From: a virus
Length of the DNA stretch: 64,000 bases
IMG/VR virus record: IMGVR_UViG_3300042868_005520
Location: 32,001 to 96,000 of that record
Direction: 5' to 3' (one strand)
The first letter of the stretch is position 1. The number at the start of each line of letters is the position of its first letter. Shown piece by piece: positions 48,788 through 56,562 of the stretch. The notes beneath the pieces were generated by a model, which was not told the DNA's origin, did no database searches, and worked only from the letters and a program-made list of their open reading frames with translations. The translations under genes and the position numbers were made by a program.

Positions 48788-50010
48788 AGTGACTGCCTCT
48801 TGACTTTACCGTGAAGTTGACGATCATATCTATTGGCGCGGTAGTCCATTGGAACATCAACTTCTTTGTTTGCGTTACGGTCGTACTGTGTACGCACTCC
48901 TCCAACCACAACGGAAAGAATAAGATTTTCTATGAATGCGGTATCACCCAATATAATCTTGGGTAGTTCTTCTTTTGCCTTTACCGATCCAATGTAGCCC
49001 ATGAGCATCCAACCTTCAGTTGTTTGAATGCGAACACGCCAACGCCAAACCTTTGCACTGTCTTTCCAATACGGAGAGTCTTTGGACGAACTAGGTGTGT
49101 AGTTTTTACCGTCTATGCGAACTGTTTTGGGAGCATTGAAATTCTTCATGGACTTTACAGGCACACCGTACACAGGATACAACTCTACAATCTTTCCACT
49201 AATATTAAATGGACGAGCGTAGTACTCCTTCTTTGGACGCGGAATGTCGCCGTGCTCCACTCCTTCGCTCATGCCCCGCCTCCACTTGTTGTTGTCTTTG
49301 GAGCGATTGGTTGCGCGAGTCACGAGTCGAATGTTCTTCTTGCCGTTGTTCAGCGCGTTGCCGTCCTTGTGGTCAATCTCGCGTCCATCGGTGCTTTTTC
49401 CTTCGCGTCCCATCTTGCGAAGAATACGCTTGCGCGATGTTTTCTTTTTCATTGCAATGCGCTGCTTGGGCGTGGGGTTTGCACCACCGTACATCTTGGC
49501 GTACTCTGCTTTGTAGTCGCGGTCTTCTGCAAGTTTAGCCGTGGTCACGGTTCGCTGTTCAGCACGGCGGCGACCGTAAACTTCGGTGTTTGCAATCTTG
49601 TACCCGTACTGCTTGCCGAAACGGCGCATCAGTGCACTGTACACCGCATCGCGCTTGCCTTCGGAGGTCTTGGATATCATGTCTAACTGTTTGGGTAATT
49701 GATTAAATGTTTCCATGTGCCACTTCAAGAACATCTGCACCGCTTCCACAACTGTAGCCAGTATGCGATACGGCTTTCCTGCGTGTGTGAGTTCGTGTGA
49801 GCCATCCAAGGTGAAATTGATTTCCCACCCTTGGTTAATCTTTGTGATATCAATGTTCAAATACTGTGGTATTCCCAAATACGGGTCAGCATCGGTTTGT
49901 GCTTGGTATGTGATTTCAATTACACTGCTCTGCCATCCAATACGCTTTAGTTCACGCACAGAGAAAGGCTTATCGAATAGTTCGGTAAGGTAGGAGCGGA
50001 AGTCAATCAC
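48784..50010 (-). CDS. CTS-bearing polyprotein: paralogue B + HNH module + unknown module
   Basis: MIDFRSYLTELFD; RILATV..KRDAVYSALMRRFGKQYGY; LAE; EIDHKDGNALNNGKKNIRLV...NR; MSE. Confidence 0.7.
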   Translation of the reverse strand: MIDFRSYLTELFDKPFSVRELKRIGWQSSVIEITYQAQTDADPYLGIPQYLNIDITKINQGWEINFTLDGSHELTHAGKPYRILATVVEAVQMFLKWHMETFNQLPKQLDMISKTSEGKRDAVYSALMRRFGKQYGYKIANTEVYGRRRAEQRTVTTAKLAEDRDYKAEYAKMYGGANPTPKQRIAMKKKTSRKRILRKMGREGKSTDGREIDHKDGNALNNGKKNIRLVTRATNRSKDNNKWRRGMSEGVEHGDIPRPKKEYYARPFNISGKIVELYPVYGVPVKSMKNFNAPKTVRIDGKNYTPSSSKDSPYWKDSAKVWRWRVRIQTTEGWMLMGYIGSVKAKEELPKIILGDTAFIENLILSVVVGGVRTQYDRNANKEVDVPMDYRANRYDRQLHGKVKRQSL

Positions 50011-50486
50011 GCTGCACCTCGCTTTGGCTTTATGCGTTCAAGCACAAACATATTTTCGAAATAGTCTTCTTCGTTCTTAATCAACTTGTATCCGTACTGT
50101 GGAGCAAACCGCTTGATCATTGCCGTGTACACACGGGATCTTGATGTGGGTCTGTCCTGCTGAAGAGTTCGGTCAAAGTCTTGTTTGCTTGCAGTAAATT
50201 TAAAGTACTTTGGGCGATCACTTTTTTTCTCCATGAACCGCTTGAACGCATCCATTACTGATGCAAATACTCTTGCGCCATCGCCTTCGGCACGAATGCC
50301 TGTGTCTCCGTCCACATCAAAGGAAACTATTATAGTTTCTTCGGTGGGATACCTGTTAAAGAGTACTTCAAGTATTCCACCCTTTGCACCCGTATAGGAG
50401 TACCTCTTGCTTGATACGCCAGCCTCTTTCACAAAGGTGAACGGCTCATCAAAGAGTTCGGTGATGTAGGAGCGAAATGCTTTCAT
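50007..50486 (-). CDS. CTS-bearing internal protein, paralogue C
   Basis: MKAFRSYITELFD; RVFASVMDAF..RPTSRSRVYTAMIKRFAPQYGY. Confidence 0.7.
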   Translation of the reverse strand: MKAFRSYITELFDEPFTFVKEAGVSSKRYSYTGAKGGILEVLFNRYPTEETIIVSFDVDGDTGIRAEGDGARVFASVMDAFKRFMEKKSDRPKYFKFTASKQDFDRTLQQDRPTSRSRVYTAMIKRFAPQYGYKLIKNEEDYFENMFVLERIKPKRGAA

Positions 50487-50488
50487 GG

Positions 50489-50989
50489 TTACTCAGAGAA
50501 TGCAGGAGAATACTGGTCGCCCAAACCTTTTTTACGAACAATAAAAATCATTACCTTTTTTCTTTCGTTTGACGAACTCAACTCGTATCCGTATTTAGGG
50601 GCAAACCGTTTAATCATTGCGGAGTACACACGCGCTCTTGATGTGGGACGGGTTTCCATGCTAACACTATCCCAGTCTTCTTTGTTTGCACTAAACTCAA
50701 AGTAGTCAGGCTGATTCTTTTTCAAGAACCGCCCAAACGCGTCCATTACTGATGCAAATATTCTTGGGGCATCGCCTTCACCACGAACAGCAATAGATCC
50801 ACCCACATCAAAGTCCACATACACAGAGTCGCCTTGATTGCTGAAGTTTACTTCAAGAGGTCCACCCTCTGCGCCTTTGTACTCGTAGGTCATTGTTCCT
50901 GGCTTTTGCCAGTTTTTATCTGCTGTGGTTTTGACTAGCCTGAACGGCTTGTCAAACATTTCGCGGAGGTGCTGGCGGAATGAATTCAT
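50489..50989 (-). CDS. CTS-bearing internal protein, paralogue D
   Basis: MNSFRQHLREMFD; RIFASVMDAF..RPTSRARVYSAMIKRFAPKYGY. Confidence 0.7.
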   Translation of the reverse strand: MNSFRQHLREMFDKPFRLVKTTADKNWQKPGTMTYEYKGAEGGPLEVNFSNQGDSVYVDFDVGGSIAVRGEGDAPRIFASVMDAFGRFLKKNQPDYFEFSANKEDWDSVSMETRPTSRARVYSAMIKRFAPKYGYELSSSNERKKVMIFIVRKKGLGDQYSPAFSE

Positions 50990-51558
50990 ATCACGCCTTC
51001 CACATCATTGTCAACCACGGTGTAGCCTGGGAACATACGCGCAAGGTTGTTCATCACGCGGTTCTTGCCCCGTTGAAGCGCACGATCACGCAGCAGATTC
51101 TCGCCTGTTGCGGCAGAGATAATGGAAACAGTTTTACGAAAGCGATCCACGCGTCCTTGGTAGTCTGTCATGCCGCTGTAGTTGGGTGCCTTCTTCGCAG
51201 CAGCAAGGTATTCAGGAATGTCACCGTGAATCACATCCTGCGCGGTTTCGCTTGGCGGAATTTCGTACACCACAATCTTGCCACCGTCCCACCACCACAG
51301 CAGCGGCAAGTACGAGCGCAGAGTCTTTACATCACTTGTGGGTGGAAGCCCCCACTTCTCAAGCCAACGCGCATTGGGGTTGTCGTGCCCTGTATCCGTG
51401 TACGATGCGTACTGTTTGCCGTCATAGGTGGTTTCGCCACGCAACCGCTGGAGCGTCTTGGCAGCAATAGTCTTGTAGCCCTTGGGCTTGCGGACACCCT
51501 TCACGGCTTTGGTGGCAGAGATCACGGCTTCGCGAAGATGTTGACGGAATGTATGCAT
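50986..51558 (-). CDS. CTS-bearing hypothetical protein
   Basis: MHTFRQHLRE from ATG 51558, 5 nt after the TAAATA box. Confidence 0.65.
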   Translation of the reverse strand: MHTFRQHLREAVISATKAVKGVRKPKGYKTIAAKTLQRLRGETTYDGKQYASYTDTGHDNPNARWLEKWGLPPTSDVKTLRSYLPLLWWWDGGKIVVYEIPPSETAQDVIHGDIPEYLAAAKKAPNYSGMTDYQGRVDRFRKTVSIISAATGENLLRDRALQRGKNRVMNNLARMFPGYTVVDNDVEGVI

Positions 51559-51571
51559 CTCCATATTTAGC

Positions 51572-51597
51572 AAAAGAAAAACCCCCTTGCGGGGGCT
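51572..51597 (-). terminator. Rho-independent terminator
   Basis: On the - strand GCCCCC-GCAA-GGGGGT then TTTTCTTTT. Confidence 0.85.
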
Positions 51598-51603
51598 AAT
51601 CGT

Positions 51604-52341
51604 TTACGAGTTCAGGTACTGAGAGTACCCGTTCTCTAGGAAGATGTTCTTCTCTGTGCGGGGCACCAAACCTATTTCAATAATTGCTGCTTCGGGTTCG
51701 GATCCCACCACATCCCGCACCTCTCGGAGTGCGCTCTTGATGGAGTCACGGGATATGCCTTCAATGATTGGGGAGGGTGAGTTCGCAGAGAACTTTCGTG
51801 CGTACACTTTCAGCCACCCCTTCATGTACGCAAGCCGCTGCACATGGTAGGCAAGATCAATGTACAGTTCCTTGATACGCTGCCCAACGAGTTCGGGAGT
51901 CCAGTCTATTACGATTCCGTCCCGTGAGAACGCTAGTACCCTTCGGGAAGTTAGCCACTCCCCTTCTGCTGCCAGTGCCTTTTTCAATTCTGCTGGCGAG
52001 ATGCCGAACCGCTCTGGATGGTTTACTATTTGGGTAACATGGAACTCCCCCTCACCCCCAAAGGTGAACCACGGTTTCGTGGGATGCCACCACCCTGCAT
52101 TGGTGCTTGTAGCCCACTGGTAGGGAGCGCGTGAAGGCTTTCGTGCGCCCCGTTCACGCTGATGCCTGGCAAGATCTCGTGCTGCCATCCTTGCCATGAC
52201 TCCACCGTACAGGCGGGTTTGGCGGCGGGAGTACAGCAAGTCCTTACGAGACTGCGGAGCAGTATCACGGGGAGGCGTGTACGCGTTGGGATTGTCCTGA
52301 ATCTCTAGCCGCTCGGAGATGTACTGCCTGAACGGAATCAC
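51604..52341 (-). CDS. CTS-bearing hypothetical protein
   Basis: GTG start after GAGGG; MIPFRQYISE. Confidence 0.65.
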   Translation of the reverse strand: MIPFRQYISERLEIQDNPNAYTPPRDTAPQSRKDLLYSRRQTRLYGGVMARMAARDLARHQRERGARKPSRAPYQWATSTNAGWWHPTKPWFTFGGEGEFHVTQIVNHPERFGISPAELKKALAAEGEWLTSRRVLAFSRDGIVIDWTPELVGQRIKELYIDLAYHVQRLAYMKGWLKVYARKFSANSPSPIIEGISRDSIKSALREVRDVVGSEPEAAIIEIGLVPRTEKNIFLENGYSQYLNS

Positions 52342-52709
52342 CCCTCGGATCCCTCGTCTAGTACACTTCCCGCACCCTTGGAGCGGAGCAGTCCACGAAT
52401 GTCGGCGAGTTCACGAGCGGCATCCCGATCACCCTTCACCACTAGCCCTTCGTACTTCGTTTTCAATTCACGCAGACGGGTGGTGGTCATCTTCTCTAGT
52501 TGGGCGCGAGTATGGGATTCCTGTACAGGTTTCGCCTTTACGAATTTACCAATAGTCTTGTGTAACTTCTTGTGTGCGGCTTCACCAGCGGCACCAGGTA
52601 ATTCTTTTAAGTCTTGGGCTTCTGCTGCCTTGAGTTCTGCCTTTGTGACTTCTTGAACAGTGCGAGTAAAGTCGGGAAGGCGGTCAGTAGTGAATGGATT
52701 AGGTTTCAT
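52338..52709 (-). CDS. Hypothetical internal-protein-like, VQE-separated modules
   Basis: AGGAG SD; two VQE sites and terminal LDE. Confidence 0.55.
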   Translation of the reverse strand: MKPNPFTTDRLPDFTRTVQEVTKAELKAAEAQDLKELPGAAGEAAHKKLHKTIGKFVKAKPVQESHTRAQLEKMTTTRLRELKTKYEGLVVKGDRDAARELADIRGLLRSKGAGSVLDEGSEG

Positions 52710-52926
52710 TTGTACGGTTCTCCTGTGAAATTATGTAGGCGCGTACAGGATCTGATTCCCCACTCCACCGCAGCATACGATTAAAGAATTCACGCCGCCG
52801 CTCGCATCCTGTACAGCCGCTGATCCCCATAGCAGAGGTAAGAGTATGAAGCGCATCACCTAATCCCCGTACAGGAGGCGTTTGAGGAGAAACCGCATTA
52901 GGAGGTTGTGGAAGAGGATCTGCCAT
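52699..52926 (-). CDS. Small Cys-containing protein
   Basis: GLGDALHTLT..GISGCTGCERRREFFN. Confidence 0.55.
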   Translation of the reverse strand: MADPLPQPPNAVSPQTPPVRGLGDALHTLTSAMGISGCTGCERRREFFNRMLRWSGESDPVRAYIISQENRTNET

Positions 52927-53067
52927 GATTATTTAAAAGTATGCCCCGTGTTTCCCCCACAATACGGTGCCTTTCGAAAGGGTTGAAATAATGGGGGAAG
53001 CCCCTGTATCGCGTGGGGCGGTGTGGGGTGATGTGGGAGTGTACGCGCAAACTATTTTTTCACTGAA

Positions 53068-53355
53068 CTACTGCGCCCCATACTTTCGTCCGCGCAATGA
53101 CGCAGCACGATCTAGATTCTCTCTGTACCTCTGAGGTACACCCGCACCAATTTTTTTAGTTAACTCGCGGAACTGCGCCCCTGGTCCCACAGTGGCATCA
53201 ACTCCTGTCACGGGTGGAGTATTGAACGCACGAGCAATAGATTTTTTCTTACACTTTGCACACTTGCCCTCTAGTGGCAGATCACGGTCTGCAACAGAGT
53301 GAAACTCGTCCCATGAGTGGGTGCATTTAGTACAGGTGTATTCGTATGTGGGCAT
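53068..53355 (-). CDS. FmdB-family zinc-ribbon protein
   Basis: MPTYEYTCTKC...CAKC; AGGAG SD. Confidence 0.85.
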   Translation of the reverse strand: MPTYEYTCTKCTHSWDEFHSVADRDLPLEGKCAKCKKKSIARAFNTPPVTGVDATVGPGAQFRELTKKIGAGVPQRYRENLDRAASLRGRKYGAQ

Positions 53356-53377
53356 GATATAGATTCTCCTACTGTAT

Positions 53378-53797
53378 TTATCCCTCTTTAGCCAAGCGTT
53401 TCATGTATTTGCGGTGTTCTTTCAGGAGGAAGCACTGTTTAATTGGGAGTTTATACTGGCGACACAGGGCAATAGCCTGTTTCTCAGTGGCTTCCTCTAG
53501 TTTAAAGTAGTCTTTCTCGTTGAACACAGGGTCTTCATCACGCCATTGGATGAAATGGGCGTACTCGTGCACTAAAGTAAAGAGCCATTGGCGTGTGGAG
53601 CGTGAGCCAGTGCCCACTATAAGGGTTCCGCGCTCCCCTGCCTTGTGATCAGGAGACTGAAAGTACCCTTGAACACGGGATCCCCCGCAGTTAACGCGGA
53701 AACCAGTGGACAGCACCACTCGCACATTACATTTTTTGCATTCACGACGAACTAATTTCAGGAATTGCTGTACCCGTGGGTTCTTCATGTAGGACAT
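53378..53797 (-). CDS. Zn metallopeptidase-like protein (HExxH, ImmA/IrrE-like)
   Basis: FTLVHEYAHF...E..E.QA; start moved to ATG 53797 after GAGGAGG. Confidence 0.65.
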   Translation of the reverse strand: MSYMKNPRVQQFLKLVRRECKKCNVRVVLSTGFRVNCGGSRVQGYFQSPDHKAGERGTLIVGTGSRSTRQWLFTLVHEYAHFIQWRDEDPVFNEKDYFKLEEATEKQAIALCRQYKLPIKQCFLLKEHRKYMKRLAKEG

Positions 53798-54050
53798 AAG
53801 GCGAATCCTCCTCTCTATGTTGTCGAGTATATTGGAATCATGCGATTTAAATCCAATTAATGTATTCGTGTACTCTAATGCCGTGGATTTCCACGGGTTT
53901 TGGTAGGAATCGCGTTCTCCCTGCGCTCTCACCTGTGAAAAATTGCACAATGTAGGGGGTAAGTGGCAAATAACAGGGTCTGATAATGAAATATTCAGTA
54001 TTATTGGACATTCGCCCTGTGAAAAACCCTATTTTTTCACTCCAAACGGG

Positions 54051-54079
54051 TTGTAAAACCCCTATATTTCATGTACAAT
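54051..54079 (+). promoter_or_regulatory. Sigma70-type early promoter (leaderless)
   Basis: TTGTAA-N17-TACAAT, ATG 54086 after a 6-nt gap. Confidence 0.7.
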
Positions 54080-54085
54080 TTGGGT

Positions 54086-56455
54086 ATGTCGAATACTTCG
54101 CTCGTCTCTACCTCGTCCGCACCTAATGCCGCCAAGTCTACGCTTGCGCGACTGCTTGCCGCTGAAAATATTACTGTTTCACATGAGCGCGTTGAAACCG
54201 CGTCATTCGATTTGAAGTCGCGCCAATTGCGTCTGCCTATGTGGTCAGGTGCATCGGTGCAGTTGTACGATATGTTGGTTGGTCACGAAGTGGCTCATGC
54301 ACTTTGGACTCCTGCACAGGGATGGCGTGATGGCATTGATTCCATTACTGCTGCTACGGGTTGCCCTCGCAAGACTGCACAGTCGTATTTGAATATTGTT
54401 GAAGACGCTCGTATTGAGCGGCTCATGCAGCAGAAGTTCCGTGGCTTGCGTTCAGACTTTCTTTCAGGCTACAAGACGCTGAATGATCGCGGCTTCTTTG
54501 GTAATGTTTCAAATCCTAATTCACTGTGCTTTGCTGACCGCGTGAACCTCAATTTTAAATTGGGCGTGTACCTTGGCACCGCTGTGCGCTTTACCGCTGC
54601 CGAAGCCCCGCTTGTTGCTCGTGTTGAAGCACTCACTACTTGGGAAGAGGTTGTTGCTGTGGCTCAGGACATGATTCTGCTTTCACAACAGGAGCAGGAG
54701 CAGAAGGAAGAGCAAGAGCAGAACGAGCAGCCGCAGCCACAGGACAGCACCGAAGACGGCGAAGACGGTGACGCTGATAGTGAAACCACTACTACAGCAC
54801 AGGGCGAGACTGAAGCCGAAGGCGAGAACGCCGATGCGGAAGAGTCTACTGTGGGTGATGACTCAGACTCTGATGGCGAAGACGGTGAAGCCACCGATGA
54901 AGCCGATGACAGTAGCACAGACGGCGAAGGTGGCGAGAGCGGTGCTGGCAAGGGTACGCCGAAGTCCGACAAGACTCCTGCACCAAAGCCCGAAGCCGAA
55001 ATGCCAACCACGAACGAGTCTATGGAAAAGGCTTTGAGTGATATGGCTAAGGGTGACGCACATGAGATTGGCGAAGTGGTTCGCGTTGAAGTGCCAGCGG
55101 CAAACTCCACCACTGTGGACTACAAGGCAATCATTCAGATCATGCGCGAGTGCGAAATGGCTCAAGTCATGGGCAAGCCTGTTCGTATCTCGGACTACAC
55201 CACTGCCGCTGTGGCAATGGCAAATGCTTTTAATCGCCGCAAGGCAGCGGATCAGTGGCGCAGAACTTCAACTGCAAAGACGGGTTCATTGGATACTCTC
55301 CGTATGAATCAGTACAAGTGGAATGAAGACATTTTCCGCCGTACCACCCGCATTGCAGACGGCAAGAATCACGGCATCGTGATCATGCTTGATTGGTCGG
55401 GTTCAATGAGCGGCATCATGCAGTCCACTATGGGGCAGTTGTTTATTCTTGCAGACTTCTGCCGCAAGACGGGTGTGCCGTTCGAAGTGTACGCGTTCAC
55501 TGATGGCTTGTTCTCGAATCTCAAGGAGCACTATTCACAGGCGGCTCAGGACGAGCGCAATGCAAAGGATCGTGACGAGGCAGCAGCAGCGGATAAGCGT
55601 ACTACAAATGTTACGCGCATCACTATGCTCAATCTCCTGTCAAGCCGCATGAGCGGTGCAGACTACGAAGCCATGAAGTCGTGCCTGTGGAATTGGCGCA
55701 GAATGGGTTCGGTTGATCACCGCTTTGCACTGAACGGTACGCCAACCACCTCGGCACTTATTGCTGGCGCAGATTTGGTTTCTGCATTCATTAAGCGTAC
55801 AGGTGTGCAGATTGCCCATACGATTGTTCTCACTGATGGTGAGCCAACGGATCAGATTCGTTTCAACGGCTCCAAGTGGGATCGCGAAACAGGTTCGTCA
55901 TGCGCTTCGCACAATCGGATTGTTGTACTGATGGATCCACAGACGGGTGCATCGTATGACCTGAACACCATGTACAAGCGTGGTGCACAGAACAAGTACG
56001 GCTACTCCACTCAGACTGATGAACTCCACCAGTTTGGATCGGTTGCGATTTCACCGAAGGGTCATACCCACTCAATGATTGCAGTGGACATGATTCGCCG
56101 CCGCACGGGTTCCAAGGTGCATTGGATTGGATTGAATGACGGGTCTTCGCGCACCATTACAGCGGAGCGGTTCAACATGACTGCTGCACCGAAGAGCGAT
56201 TGGAAGCGTGATGGTTTCATTCGTGGTGCAGTGGCAGGTTGGGATAGTGCTGTAGTGATTGACGCTTCGCGTTTCATGCGCGAGTCGAACGGCGAAGTAA
56301 GCACCACTGCTCGTAACCTGATGGACAAGGCAGACGAGAAGATGGACAAGGCAACAACGAACCGCGCCCTGACGAATGCATTCATTGATTCGCAGATTGC
56401 ACAGGGATCGCTCCGCACTGTTGCGAATATTGTTGGCGAATATTTGGCTGTTTAA
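54086..56455 (+). CDS. CobT-like protein: N-terminal HExxH peptidase-like domain, acidic linker, VWA domain
   Basis: GHEVAHAL, NIVEDARIE, D/E-rich linker, MIDAS LDWSGSM, GTP, VLTDGE. Confidence 0.85.
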   Translation: MSNTSLVSTSSAPNAAKSTLARLLAAENITVSHERVETASFDLKSRQLRLPMWSGASVQLYDMLVGHEVAHALWTPAQGWRDGIDSITAATGCPRKTAQSYLNIVEDARIERLMQQKFRGLRSDFLSGYKTLNDRGFFGNVSNPNSLCFADRVNLNFKLGVYLGTAVRFTAAEAPLVARVEALTTWEEVVAVAQDMILLSQQEQEQKEEQEQNEQPQPQDSTEDGEDGDADSETTTTAQGETEAEGENADAEESTVGDDSDSDGEDGEATDEADDSSTDGEGGESGAGKGTPKSDKTPAPKPEAEMPTTNESMEKALSDMAKGDAHEIGEVVRVEVPAANSTTVDYKAIIQIMRECEMAQVMGKPVRISDYTTAAVAMANAFNRRKAADQWRRTSTAKTGSLDTLRMNQYKWNEDIFRRTTRIADGKNHGIVIMLDWSGSMSGIMQSTMGQLFILADFCRKTGVPFEVYAFTDGLFSNLKEHYSQAAQDERNAKDRDEAAAADKRTTNVTRITMLNLLSSRMSGADYEAMKSCLWNWRRMGSVDHRFALNGTPTTSALIAGADLVSAFIKRTGVQIAHTIVLTDGEPTDQIRFNGSKWDRETGSSCASHNRIVVLMDPQTGASYDLNTMYKRGAQNKYGYSTQTDELHQFGSVAISPKGHTHSMIAVDMIRRRTGSKVHWIGLNDGSSRTITAERFNMTAAPKSDWKRDGFIRGAVAGWDSAVVIDASRFMRESNGEVSTTARNLMDKADEKMDKATTNRALTNAFIDSQIAQGSLRTVANIVGEYLAV

Positions 56456-56546
56456 TAGAATAAATGTAAACCCTCACCCCACAAGGGGTTAAGTACAGTA
56501 TTATTGGACACTAATTGTGAAAAAGCCTGTGATCACAGGCAGATTG

Positions 56547-56555
56547 TGATATAAT
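56547..56555 (+). promoter_or_regulatory. Extended -10 promoter (leaderless) with upstream 16-bp perfect palindrome
   Basis: TGATATAAT, GTG 56563 after a 7-nt gap; GCCTGTGATCACAGGC at 56525-56540. Confidence 0.65.
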
Positions 56556-56562
56556 AAATCTC

